Shown: positions 41,363 to 55,014, counted from the first letter of the stretch. The stretch is 64,000 nt of DNA from Octopus vulgaris (GCA_951406725.2 OX597819.1:51026001-51090000); one strand, 5' to 3'. Made by a program: numbers and translations. Notes: generated by a model not told the origin, from the letters alone.

Positions 41363-42243
41363 ACTGGTATATGGCGTAGTGGTTAAGATACCCATCCACA
41401 TAAAGTTATATCTTCCATTCAATGCTACGAAAACTTCATTTACATGCGAGAATATGTAGATTAAGCTACAGAAGGGTTAACTTGATTTTAAATATATATG
41501 TTACAGTGTAAATTGCGCCCCTAATTTAGTATTACATCTTTGCATAAATTTTTTTGCCCTTTGTAGCTAAAACTACGAAGGGAAAACGCTCCCTAGTTTT
41601 TCCAGGTAAATTCAAGTATAAAATAGTCCGATTTATACACAAATAAATACGCTATTTTAAAATATTAAAAGACTAGAAATAAATACAAAACGGATTTAGA
41701 TTAGGATTCGAAACAGCCTCTTGACATTTCGCCATTTGATATTTTGCTTTGCGAAGCAATTCTCAAATTTGGAGGACTTATCGTATTGTTACAATGTCGT
41801 TGATCGCTTCTCAAAGTGAAATCCGGTCGACTATAATTAACACTGCTTCCTGTAACAGTACAACACATTTTTAAGTCAATATTTCAACGTTCAGCTTTTA
41901 AACGAAAGGGTTGACTCGTTAAAAAAACTGTCTCAGTAACAAAACAATCAATCAATATTAAACACTAAAAAAGAAATAACATTATAGATCTGGCAGTTGT
42001 TACAGCTAGTATTTATGTATTTATTTATCTATTTATTTATTCATTTAATTTGTTGAAGATAACGATTCACTTCATTTCTCATCATCAAAACAAAGATATT
42101 GGTCTAAATAGTATTTTTCAATTAATTTTGGCGCAGAAACTAGATGAAGATTAACTATCAGTTCATCAATCATTATAAGATAGACTACAACAGATAATTC
42201 AGAGTGTGTGTGTGTGTATGCGTGTGCGTGTGTGAGCATATAT

Positions 42244-42331
<88 letters not shown>

Positions 42332-42591
42332 ATAGATAGACAAGCAGATACACACATGTATAGAAATGTGTGTGTATGTGTATAGGCATATATATATATA
42401 TATATATATAAGCGTATATATATATATATAAATATATATACATAAGTGTATATATGTATGCATGGATATATGCAGGCATATTTACATAATACATATGCGT
42501 TTATACACATACATGTACACACATACATATATGTATGTTTGTTTGTGCACGTGTATGTGTGTGTCTGTGAATGTGTTTGTATATATGTATA

Positions 42592-42668
<77 letters not shown>

Positions 42669-43156
42669 ATGCATACATATGCGTTTATACATACACACAT
42701 GCACACACAGATATATATGTATATATATATATTTGTGTGTGTGAGTGTATACAGCTCATATATCCATGTAGTTGCGTATTTACCTTAGTGTTTAAAGCGA
42801 ACGCTTTCCGCGCTTCAATACTGAGGTTTGTTTTTTCGGCGTATGGCCGTAGGAAAGCAGTTTTCTTTTTCTTTCTGTACTACATACAGGGGCTAACCCA
42901 AAACATGCCGGTGATACTGGGTAGCAGTAAATATGGCAGATATTTGTAAGATGAATTCTATCAGCAAATAAAAGCCGTTGTTCTGACACACTGCTTCACA
43001 CTGTATTTTACAGGAAAATGCGACTCATTCTAATTCAATGAATAGGTCTTTCAGTTGAGAGAGCAACGGAACGCACATCACAGAAACCGATGGAAGCGTT
43101 TATAATGATGACGATGATGATGATGATGATGATGATGATGGTGATGATGATATTGG

Positions 43157-43190
<34 letters not shown>

Positions 43191-43265
43191 AACGACGATC
43201 TTCATCACCATCAATTTACTGTTTTACGCTCATTTTCTACCGCTGTTCTACTTATTTGCGTATAC

Positions 43266-43748
<483 letters not shown>

Positions 43749-44551
43749 TATATATAGAATTATGCAACACATACGCGTGCGCGCCCGCACACACACACAC
43801 ACATATACATACATACACATATACACTCAATATATATATATACATGTATATGCATGTAAAGATATAGGTGTTTGTGTATGTCTGTGCTTCAATATGTAAA
43901 AAATATATTTGATTCTTTCAAGAGAAGTTTCTCATATAATATTGTGTTACCTTTAAGATAGCATGCTAGCGCTTATGCATATGTGTGTGTGTGTACATAT
44001 GCACATATATATATATATATATATATGGAAATGTACTTATGTATATACATACGCACATGCGCATATATAAATATAAAAGGATGCTTGTTTTTGCTTGTTT
44101 TTGCCAATGAGTTTTGCGTGTGAATCTAGTTGTGTGTGCGCGAACGAGTTCGTTTGAGTGAGTTTGAACAAAGCGGACTGAATGAGAAAAAGGATGAAAG
44201 AGAGAGTGAGAGAGAGAGAAAGGGGAGGGGAAAAGCATGAGAGAGCCATAGTGACAACGGGAGAGACAGGGTGCGAGAGTGAACTAAATATTAAATATTT
44301 CCTTCATCTAGATCGCGACGGATATACCTATCTTGGAAGAATATCACTTCTTCATTCAAGGACAGGAAAAAGCTGCCATACGCTTGATGAATAAAAGATA
44401 GACTAACGTTTTCAAAATATGACGTTGTGAATATATCGGATCTCCACAGCTGAAGAAAAACATATGCACAGTACTGCATTTCATAAAGATTATAACATGA
44501 GGTAACATGTATACTTATACAATTATCTGTCAAAAGCTGAATATATACACT

Positions 44552-44589
<38 letters not shown>

Positions 44590-44688
44590 GCATATACATA
44601 CATACATATATATATATACATATGTATATATATGTGTGTATATGAATATATATGAATATATATATATATGTATATTTATATATATGTA

Positions 44689-44774
<86 letters not shown>

Positions 44775-45020
44775 ATACATATATATCCGCAGTCAAAATG
44801 ACTAAAACAAATAAACGAATAAAAGAAAAGAATGGAAAGAATATATATGATATACGCATGTGTTTGTGTAAGTATATATGTATATGTATGATTGTACATG
44901 TGTTTGCGTGCGTTTGTGTGGGCGGGGTCATCTCCGTCGTTTGACGTGAGGATTCAGCAGCTTTATCAACTGAATTAGCTGCTCCTGAATTCAACTTTTA
45001 TTGACTAAACATTCCACATA

Positions 45021-45544
45021 TCGTAAATCCTCGAGTATAGTCCGCCCTTGCGTGTAACACGCAAGCGATTTTTTAGGGGTTTGTACCTCTGAAAAACCTA
45101 AACCATGTATATAATACGCACCCCTTTTCTAACTTGAATCGTGCGTAATGAAGCCAGCAGCACCTAGTCGAACAAACACTTCCGCGCATGCGTAATACAA
45201 TAATGGTGATGTTCTTAACTGTTATATGGGAATGTAAATATGTTTGCAAATTGTTTTTGTTACATGTTATTCTGTGTTCTGAATACTTTTATTTTAATAA
45301 ATGTTGCTTACTGCAAGTTATGGATGGTTCTTTTATGACTTCATTGCTTTCAGGCTTAGCTTAAAGTATTTTCGCGCCCGACATCACAAAATGCGTTTGA
45401 ATAAACATTGCCGGACAGCAAATAGAGACTCGGACATTGCTTAGCAACTATTTTTCATTTTTAACCTCGTATATAGTACGCACTAGGGATTTTCAACTTC
45501 AAAGTTTGGGGGAAAAAGTGCGGATTATACTCGAAGATTTACGG
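45021..45544. mobile_element. Tc2/pogo-like MITE
   Basis: TIRs TCGTAAATCCTCGAGTATAGTCCGC and GCGGATTATACTCGAAGATTTACGG; TA on left, TG on right; no ORF. Confidence 0.8.
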
Positions 45545-46407
45545 TGCACAGATCTATCTTCAACGTATTCTCAAGAAGAATTAGCGCGACACAATAACCG
45601 ACAAGGCTGTACGTTTTGGATTACCAATATGTTCCATCTGACGAGCTTTCATACAGTTTCTACTGACTCATTTACATACAGAAGGTAGAGTAGGTGTCAT
45701 GCTATAGAAAGCGTCCTTTGCTCAAGATAGCACGCAGAGATATCGAACTTTCTGCCTTCTGCATCTACCCACGCATATATATTTATGCGTCTGCCTGCGC
45801 ATGTATGTTTATGCGTAGATATTTAAGCATGAAGCTAATTCGTAATTTGTTAAAACTTGTCTCTTCCTATATTTTGTTCATTCGTTTTGAGTTCATTGCT
45901 TTCATAATATGTAAATATGCATATGTGTCTCTAGACACTAAGCACGGACCTTTTCTTAACGGCGTGTCAACTTCGGAGAATTCTTGAATCTTGAGATTAA
46001 TTTCGTTTCTCAAGCGTAGCTAATCGTACTTACTATTTGGTAATAATCCTTTTTATTGGCAGCTCAAGGCCACAAAAACTGAGGGAAGGGATTAAGTCGA
46101 TTACATTGACTCCAGTGCGTAACTGGTACTTATTTAATCGACTGGTACTTATTTAATTGAATTCTGCATTTGCACAAAAGTCCAGATATTTACTACTTGA
46201 AACATTGCTACAAAGTGATTCCTTAATATTCTGTTAGTGCACATGCACGCAGTTGGTCAATTTGTTTCGTTTTTAGTGTTGCTTTTAGATAGTTTCTAAC
46301 TTTTTAAAGTAATATCGCTGTATCGAGTACTTTCTGCATAAATTTATACAATTACACGTACCTTTTGAAATTAATACTGCTTCTGTCGCTATTCATTATT
46401 TTTGATA

Positions 46408-46452
<45 letters not shown>

Positions 46453-46644
46453 CTTACATATGTATGAGCGATAAGCCTACTTAATCGTTAAACCGCAGAT
46501 TCTTTCAGATAAAGAAAAAGTATGGAAACATTGCATAGTAATTTTAAGTAACCAGTAAGAAAGCCTTACATATATATATAAAATATATATTTTTATGCCT
46601 ATATATATGCACACGCACACTCCGAAACACACACGCGCGCGCTA

Positions 46645-46808
46645 CACACATTTTTTTCTCTCCTTGTCTTTTCTGTGTCCCTTTCTGTAGAAGAGCGTAG
46701 GCTCGAAACGTAAAAGACTTTTTTCTATTCCTGAGCGTTATGCTAATACATCTGTTTGTTTTGTACACCACCTGTCTTCGTCTTTTGTTTTTTTCGTAAA
46801 CTCTCCCT
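46645..46808 (+). mobile_element. Penelope-like terminal repeat fragment
   Basis: Contains a minimal type-I hammerhead arrangement typical of PLE pseudo-LTRs. Confidence 0.6.
46677..46718 (+). ncRNA. Minimal type-I hammerhead ribozyme-like motif (variant core CUGUAGA)
   Basis: CTTT-CTGTAGA-A-GAGC(GTAG)GCTC-GAAA-CGTA-AAAG: stem I CTTT/AAAG, stem II GAGC/GCTC, palindromic ACGT stem III, GUA cleavage triplet. Confidence 0.65.
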
Positions 46809-46879
<71 letters not shown>

Positions 46880-46880
46880 A

Positions 46881-47143
46881 GAAAAAGAAGAAAAGGGATA
46901 AATTGACATGTAGACACCAGTTTAATCAATATGATATGAAATTCTTATCCCTACAGCCGTTTCCATATCCAGTTGACCCAATTAAAGAAATTAATTTAAA
47001 TTAATTCAATCTAATTTAATTTCTCAAATTAAATCAATTGGATATGGAAACGGCTATAGGGGTAAGAATTTCATATTATATTGATTCGAATATCTTTGAA
47101 TAAACTGATGTCTATATGTTAATTTCTCCATTTTATTCTTTTC
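46881..47143. repeat. ~260-bp foldback (long inverted repeat)
   Basis: 46924-46976 pairs with 47034-47086; outer arms AAATTGACATGTAGACACCAGTTTA and TAAACTGATGTCTATATGTTAATTT. Confidence 0.9.
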
Positions 47144-47339
47144 CTCGGGAATGATTATTTTAATTACCCATATCCATCAATGCAGAACTGACGTATTTAG
47201 TTTTCATTGGACACTATTATAAACCGGAGAACTAGGATGCAAACATCCCTTAAAGGATTATAGGTCCTTGGAATGATTATATATATATATATATATATGT
47301 ATATATGCATGTATGTATGTATATATATATGTATGCATA

Positions 47340-47415
<76 letters not shown>

Positions 47416-47479
47416 TGTGTATATATATATATATATATATGTGTGTTTGTGTGTATATACATATATATATATATGTATA

Positions 47480-47745
47480 CTAGCAGTATCGCCCGGCGTT
47501 GCGGTTTGCTTAGACCCTTTAGAATTGTAATTTTTGAAAAGTAAAAATTTGGCAGTATGTAGCTTGTTATTCTCTTTAAGTGAAATACACGAGAAAATGG
47601 CGACACAGCAGTCAAAACATCGTAAAAAATAGGGATTTTCATAGAAAAAAAGGCACCTTTTTGATGTAAATAATTTTTGGTGTTAACATGATCCGATTTG
47701 AATTTTCTCTTCTACGGAAGGAAGAGTTAGCCTTCTTCTATCATA

Positions 47746-47816
<71 letters not shown>

Positions 47817-48188
47817 CGAAAAAACCCTCCAGACTACATCCCGAAAATTCATTTCTTTGCCGAATTTCTACAATGTTTCGTTTTTATATCTTGATTTTTT
47901 TATTTTTCATGCAATTTACGCATGCTTGCACGCGTGGTGAACACAGTTCACGTCAAACAGTTGGCTGACTGAGTTAAAGTTCACTATTCAATGCATGGGA
48001 TAAGGCCTAAACAAACACATTATCGATTTTTGCGAGATGAATTTCGGAACAGAAATAGCGCAGTTCAATTTTCATTCGCCTAAACTTTAAGTGACCCATT
48101 TTTGGAGGTTCTACGATTTGTTGGCTAGGGGGAGATGTGCCGGGAAGTTAAACACACAGACACACAAGTTGAGTTTTATATCTATAGA
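47480..48188 (-). mobile_element. Non-autonomous Helitron (family H2)
   Basis: Minus strand A|TCTATAGATATAAAAC ... GCAACGCCGGGCGATACTGCTAG|T; no TSD. Confidence 0.82.
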
Positions 48189-48300
48189 TATATGTATATA
48201 TATATATGTATATATATATATATGTATATATATATATGTATATATATATATGTATATATATATATGTATATATATATATGTATATATATATGACTATATA

Positions 48301-48461
48301 GGCGTAGGAGTGGCTGTGTAGTAAGTAGCTTGCTTACCAACAACATGGCTCCGGGTTCAGTCCCACAGTGTGTCACTTCATGCTAGTGTCTTCTATTGTA
48401 GCTTCGGGCCGACCAAACCTTCAGAGTGGATTGGGTAGACCGAAACTGAAAGAAGCCCGTC

Positions 48462-48514
<53 letters not shown>

Positions 48515-48724
48515 TGTGTATCTATGTTTGTCTCCCCAACATTGCTTGGCAACCGATTCTGGTGTATTTTGTTCCCCGTAACTTAGCGGTTCGGCAAAAG
48601 AAACCCGATAGAATAAATACTAGGCTTACAAATAATAAGTCCTGGGATCGATATGCTCGACTAAAGTCAGTGCTCCAGTATGGCTGCAGTCAAATGATTG
48701 AAACAAAAAAAAAGAATAAAAGAA
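48301..48724 (+). mobile_element. SINE family B, full length
   Basis: GGCGTAGGAGTGGCTGTGTAGTAAG head, GGTTCAGTCC B box, internal (TA)n, AAGAATAAAAGAAT tail. Confidence 0.9.
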
Positions 48725-49377
48725 TATATATATATATATTGTGTGTCTGTGTGTGCATGTATGCAGGTACGTATATACAAAGTATAAACATTAGCAGAAG
48801 GCCTTCTGACTGGTTACTACAAGTTTATATTGTATACCGTGTCGCAACGCCATGTTGCTGAGATGTGAGCCACATTGTCATATAATTTTGTAGAAATACG
48901 TTTGTATGCTACTTCAGCTTTGCTTCGTTGCTGAATTTTCGTTTTTCTGTTACTATTCCAATAATTATGTGGCTTTTGTTGTTTAGAATCTATAGAATAT
49001 GAGCTATGTAATTTTTGGATGGTAGTAGTGATTGTCTTTCATATGTATTGGGCGAGTTATGACATATATCCTTTTATGCTGAGTGGTGATTACATTTTAT
49101 ATGTTGCCTGAGTTATGTGGGTGACGCTATGTTATGAGATGTCTGTTATACAAAATCTGTGGTTACGCGAGTCTTTTTTGTTACTGTATGAGATGTGTTA
49201 CACAATAATGTATCGTTTCTTTTAAGAGTATGTTCTGTGTTGCCTTACAGAGTGTAGATTGTGTAAAATATACAATACGTGTGTTGCATTATTTTAGGGG
49301 TCGACCCCAACTGCGGTAAAAATGAAATTCTTGTGGGTAATGTGGAATCATTAGACATTAGTAAAATTATATATAAG

Positions 49378-49853
49378 GAAGAGCACTCAGAGAGCGCAAA
49401 CCTCCGCCAAGGCAATACCAATCGTGATATCTTCTGACCCCGACAATACTTCAAAGAAGGGAGAGAGATGATTTTTAAAATGCAAATATCTGAAATAAAC
49501 GATTAGCGAGAGATGATTTTTAAAATGCAAATATCTGAAATAAACGATTAGCGAGAGATGATTTTTAAAATGAAAATATCTTAAATGAACTCGACTGCTC
49601 TAACAAACGAGAATACTAAAAATGAACCCGGCCGCTCTCAAAAGTTAAGTTAAAGAAACAGGAAAAATAATCCAGAATCCTTGTCCGATACCGGATCGAT
49701 CACAAAATCTAATCAGTTCGTGCCAGTCACAAGGCCAAACGTCTCTGAAACATCCATCCGAATCCATTCAGCGGTTCTTGAGATATTCTGTCCACGTTCA
49801 AACGACAAACACGCCTGAAAACAATACCTCCGCCTTAGTGAAGGCGGAGGTAA
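49378..49853 (-). mobile_element. Helentron-associated element, copy 2, with internal 45-bp tandem repeat
   Basis: GCACTCAGAGAGCGC hairpin, CCTCCGCCAAGG, terminal palindrome TACCTCCGCCTT-AGTG-AAGGCGGAGGTA. Confidence 0.78.
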
Positions 49854-50379
49854 AAAGCGTGTTACGATAGAAATTTTTCTTCTAGCATGAAAAGTCAGTC
49901 CAAAAGTTGCTGCCTTTTGCAACAATCTACCTTTCCAAACTAGAATTTTCTATTCTAAATGAACTTAAGAACAAAGCAGAGTAATCAATTGGACCCCGAA
50001 GATTGTATCCAAATTGCTCTGGCATCAAAATGCCCCAATTTTGATGTAATTGCATCAAAAGTGAAACATCATCCTTTCTCCAAAACCTGAAATGTTAGAA
50101 AAATCCTTTTGTTTCATAATGAGAATATGAATTTATTTTATCGCATTTGTTTTATACTTTTTATATTCATAATTGTATTCTTCATATAAATAGATTCAAT
50201 AAACCTTTTAAATTCAAAGAATCTACGATTTTCTTCCTTTCAAATCAAGGGGTAACGTCCACATAAATAAATATTTTTAGGGTTAATTGGTTTAAAAAGC
50301 TCCCCGACCCCTGCATTATTGTATTCAATTCGATAGCGTGTTTCAGATTATGTGTTATGTCAATTGTTCTATTCTCTTT

Positions 50380-52330
50380 GGTTTTTTTTCAACAGAGTAT
50401 ATGCCGTGGACGTTGAAGAGAGATTTTTCAGCTCTGTGTTCATATACAGACTCCGGCATGAATTTAATGTGTTTATCCAATATTTTTTATTTGTAGCCTT
50501 TCATTTCTGATAGATATTATTTTAACTTTTACGGCCACATTCTGCTTACTTTAATTTCAAGATCCTGGTAGATTGTTAGATTCTTGACATTCTTTGAAAT
50601 ATTGTCAGGGTCAGAAGATATCACGATGGTCATCAGAATACACAGATTTTTCAAATCAGCCTTTGAGAATTATATCTGCCTGGTTTGTCCTGATCTCATT
50701 GTAAGTCTCGATAGGGGTATCCCAGTTGATTGTAGCATGATCAATGTCATGAACCACGTTTGGTAAAACTTTATACAATTACGCTTTCATGTCGAAATGT
50801 TGGTGGACATGTGCGATAACACGATCAATATCACTCCGTAGGCATCCGACTGTGAAGGTACCAGAGTTGGCAAACACTGGGCAGCTAGAAAGGATCTTAT
50901 CAACTGTCTCAATGTAGTGATTGCAATTACTTTGTTCTTAATGTTAACCCCTTTTTGTTTTGCTATAATGGCTTTCTGCAAGTCTAGGGCATTCACGATA
51001 TGGCAATAGTTTTGTCCATTCTATTACAGACGCGGCACAATGGAGACACGTGCTCCTTCCTAAGGTTCCGTCTCAATTTATGGCTAGAGCTTGGTATTGC
51101 AATACTAGTATGGTGCTCTCAGTCTCCTTTTCCATGTTCCTTTCATCAGCCAGTCACACTTGTTTTGCAGTAGCTTCGGATGTGGTCACATGGAATTGAT
51201 TGTATAGTCCCTTCATGCCCTTTTTGTACTTCTTGTTTTGTTATTCCCTTTCTCTCTGCTTTCAATACGACCTTCATCATTTCACCACTGGGCATACCTA
51301 TGCCCTCTGTCCTGATAGAGGGCATAGGTATGCTTTCTTCGTCTTATCCCCATCATGGCACATTTTCAAAGTTCAAGCTCCATTGTGATACCATTTGAGA
51401 AAATCCGCTCCGACTGAACAAGGTTGTCCAGTTCTGCCTCACTTTTTGTGAACAACTTTCAGTCATCCATGAATGGTAGCTAATTAAATTTTCACTTACC
51501 ACTTTCAAGATCATACCACAACTTTGTCTTCTGCAATATTTCAGTTCCCATCACAAAGACTAGTAGGGACACACTGACGCGCTGGAAGATTCCTCCACCG
51601 ATTTTCATCTCTCCTAATAGCTGATCTTCTGCTGTCAGTTCAGTTCTTCAACATTTCATACGGTTCCATATAAGCATTTCATGTTTTCTGCTACTCCATA
51701 CATTTCCATAGTGTTTGATGATAAAGAGTGTGGAATCGTATCATACGCCTTACGATAGTCCATCCCAGCCACGCTCAGGTTTGTATGTCTTCCCTTGCAA
51801 CTTCTTATAATTAACTAGCAGTATCGCCCGGCGTTGCTCGGGTTTGTAAGGGAAATAACTATATAAGCATTTTTAGAGAGTTACTTCCCTTATAGATGCC
51901 AATTCGGGCTTTCTTAGCCATTTCTGTTTTGGTGACTTCAAGCCATGAAGTCGTTGTTCTAAAAGAACGCTGGTCTCCTTGACAACGCTTTACGACATTG
52001 ATTTCCTTACACTCCCTTCCCCACAGCTTCACGAGGGAGGGAAGAAGGGGGAGAAGCAAACAAGTGCAGGTGTGACCATGGACGCCAACTCCGCCGCCAT
52101 CGACACACGAAAAATTATGCATTAAAATGGAATAAAAAATGATGTTAAATTATTTTTAAAATCGTAGACTCATCGTAGACGCGCGCTAATACTCAGACGG
52201 GCTCGATATGAATCACGACTATAAATGTGGGAGTAGTTAGGAATCTAAATCGAAGGGGACAGGCACTCACACAACTACAGTTTTATATATATAGATTTGT
52301 CAATTAACAGCCGCTCTTTCGTTCCACAGC
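50380..52330 (-). mobile_element. Decayed R4/Dong-clade LINE sequence (RT, zinc knuckle(s), RLE), interrupted by a Helitron
   Basis: GTKERLLIDK|LIIRSCKGRHTNLSVAGMDYRKAYDTIPHS, FMDD, CRVC, INWDTPIETYNEIRTNQADI. Confidence 0.82.
51815..52295 (-). mobile_element. Non-autonomous Helitron (family H2)
   Basis: A|TCTATATATATAAAAC ... CCCGAGCAACGCCGGG hairpin ... CTAG|T; removal restores the host RT frame. Confidence 0.9.
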
Positions 52331-52745
52331 GGCGAGCTAGCAAAACCATTACCACGACAGAAAATTCTTAAGCAGCATTTTCTTCATATACCGCCAGCAT
52401 AAACTTGCCTTTTATGATTTCGGGATCGATAAAATAAGTATCAGTGGAACACTGGTATTGGTGTACTCAACTGAACCCCTCCCCGAAACTTTCAGATCTT
52501 GTACCTAAAGTACAAAATATTATCCCTATTTGGCTGAATCGTTAGCACGCCGGAAACAATGCTTAGCGGTATTTCCTCTGAAAGTACTTTCTGAGTTCAA
52601 ATATTACCGAGGTCGACTGTGCCTTTCATCCTTTCGGGATCGATGAAATACGTGCCAGTTGAGCACTAGAGTCGATGTAATCAACTACATTGACCCCCAA
52701 AAATCGAAAACAAAAACAGGCTTTCTGCGTATAGTAGAAAATATT
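52330..52745 (+). mobile_element. Two adjacent SINE family A copies
   Basis: GGCGAGCTAGCAAAACC.. and GGCTGAATCGTTAGCACGCCGG.. heads with central block. Confidence 0.78.
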
Positions 52746-52805
52746 ATTATTATAATTATGATTATCATTATAATAATAATAATTATTATTATCATTATTA
52801 TTATT

Positions 52806-53338
52806 GAGTGAGAGTGCAGTGCATGCCATCAAAGTGACATTGGGGTAAAATATACGAAGCCCAGTATACCCATCATGACTACCCGTCTGATAAGGGTACA
52901 ACAGGCATATGCGTCACAACCAAATGTGCGCGACATGGTGATCCCATATCAAGATAAACAACGTAGGGCCCAGTTAAAATTTTCTTCATGTCGAGTAGCC
53001 CAGCTCACTCAAAAGGTCCCTGAATAAGGGTTGTTTAAGGGTGTTGAACGAAACACTCATGTTTCCAAAGGGGAATCATCCAAACCCCCGAAGAATTCCT
53101 CTCAATACATGGCTATGATGCTCCCCTACTAATTCTGCTCGTGATCAGAGATGCACCTATCATCAGCCGCCAAAGAACACGCTGAACTGATTAAGATTAA
53201 GCAACGGGCCAGTAAATCTATCGTATTGAGCAGAATATTTGCTGTAGCTCATCTTTTATACCGAGACAAAACAATATACATGATAACGCTTCCAATCAGA
53301 GGATCAGAAGCCATGAGAACCAGTGCCTGGTATTGCAT
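52806..53338 (-). mobile_element. Element F copy 2
   Basis: Reverse complement of 38285-38837; (TTA)-type arrays on both sides. Confidence 0.88.
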
Positions 53339-53372
53339 TTTGTTGATGTTGCTGTTATTATTATTAGTATTA

Positions 53373-53443
<71 letters not shown>

Positions 53444-53980
53444 GAGTGAGAGAGCAGTTCATGCCATCAAAGTGACACTGGGGTAAAATATACGAAGCCC
53501 AATATACCCATCATGACTACCCGTCTGATAAAGGTACACCAGGCACATGCATCACAACCATATGTGCGCGACATGGTGATCTCATATCAAGATAAACAGC
53601 ACATGACCTTGCAGGTGGGGCCCAGTTTGAATTTTCTTCAGGTTGAGTAGCCCATCCCGCTCAAACGGTCCCCGAATAAGGGTTGTTTAAGGATGTTGAA
53701 AGAACCACCCATGTTTCCAGGGGTGAACTATTCAAACCCCAAAGCATCCCTCTCAACACATGGCTATGATGCTCCCCCACTACTTCTGCTCGTGATCAGA
53801 GATGCACATATCGTCAGCCACTAAGGGACATGCTCAACTGGTTAAGGTCAAACAACTGACAAGCAAATCTGTGGTATTGAGCAGAATATTTGCTGTAGCC
53901 CATCTTTTATACCAAGACAAAACAATGTACATGATAACACTTCCAATCAGTTAAGATCAGAAGCCATGAGAGCCACTGCC

Positions 53981-53982
<2 letters not shown>
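53444..53982 (-). mobile_element. Element F copy 3
   Basis: (TTA)n directly on both sides. Confidence 0.9.
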
Positions 53983-54032
<50 letters not shown>

Positions 54033-54066
54033 ATTATTATTATCATTATTATTAGCTTTAGCATTA

Positions 54067-54263
54067 AGGTGGCGAGCTAGTAGAATCATTAGCACACCGC
54101 GCAAAACGCTTAGCGCTATTTCGCCCGCCGCTTCCGGCGAGGTCTACTTTGTATTTCATCATTTCCAGGTCGATGAATTAAGTACCAGTTACGCATTGGG
54201 GTCGATGCGATTGTCTATCCCCTTCCCCTCAAATTCTAGGCCTTGTGTCCTTAATAGAAAGGA
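54067..54263 (+). mobile_element. SINE family A (type-2 tail running into (TTA)n)
   Basis: GGTGGCGAGCTAGTAGAATCATTAGCAC..TAGAAAGGATTATTATT. Confidence 0.82.
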
Positions 54264-54287
54264 TTATTATTATTATTATTATTATTA

Positions 54288-54322
<35 letters not shown>

Positions 54323-54558
54323 TTATTTATTTTTTTTTATTTTCTTATTATGTTTGTGTATGTGGTCTAATGGGAGCATGCTTTGTGTCGGGCTTTCCTG
54401 CAAAATCGTGAGTACTTTACGTTATACATACATCAATATACATACATACATGTATTTATGCATACATACTTGCATGTATATTTGTATGTATGTAGTATCT
54501 ATTATGGTTATTTACTGAATATTATCTATCTGTAAGTCAACGGATATTTGCTTTTATA

Positions 54559-54608
<50 letters not shown>

Positions 54609-54619
54609 TTTGTCTGCGT

Positions 54620-54990
54620 ATCTTTTTATTATACCTAAGGCACCTATTATAGCAGGAATGGTCTCTGTTATCAGTCCCCTCCAATTCTGGATATCTCGTT
54701 TTCCAGGTTTTATATTGGGATATATTCCTCATTTCTTTCATGAATATATTGACGTATCGACGTATCAATTCCATTGGAACTTACACGTCGATTAAGAGAT
54801 ATTTTAATGATGTTGTTTGACGTTAATATCAGGACGATTTCTCTTAATCTCCTTGTCAACGTGGCAAACGGTACTTATCAGAGTATGGCCATTTTGTCAT
54901 AATACATTTTGTGGTGCGTATTTGATTTTTAGCATGGATTTTCTGATTTTCCTAGCGTGATCTCTTAACACTGTCATCATTCCCCTTATA
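54620..54990 (-). mobile_element. Old R4/Dong-like RLE fragment
   Basis: Minus strand, across frameshifts: DKEIKRNRPDI..LIDV..KEMRNISQYK..TETIPAIIGALG. Confidence 0.72.
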
Positions 54991-55014
54991 AGAAATTGCA
55001 GTTTGTGTCATCCC

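Noticed and set aside
49463-49590. CRISPR-like regular repeat
   Set aside because: Head-to-tail units without unique spacers, inside a eukaryotic TE; no cas genes
53325-53338. CCTGGTATTGCA similarity to U2 snRNA stem-loop IV at the 5' end of element F
   Set aside because: Only 12 bp, opposite strand to the element and not identical in the other F copies
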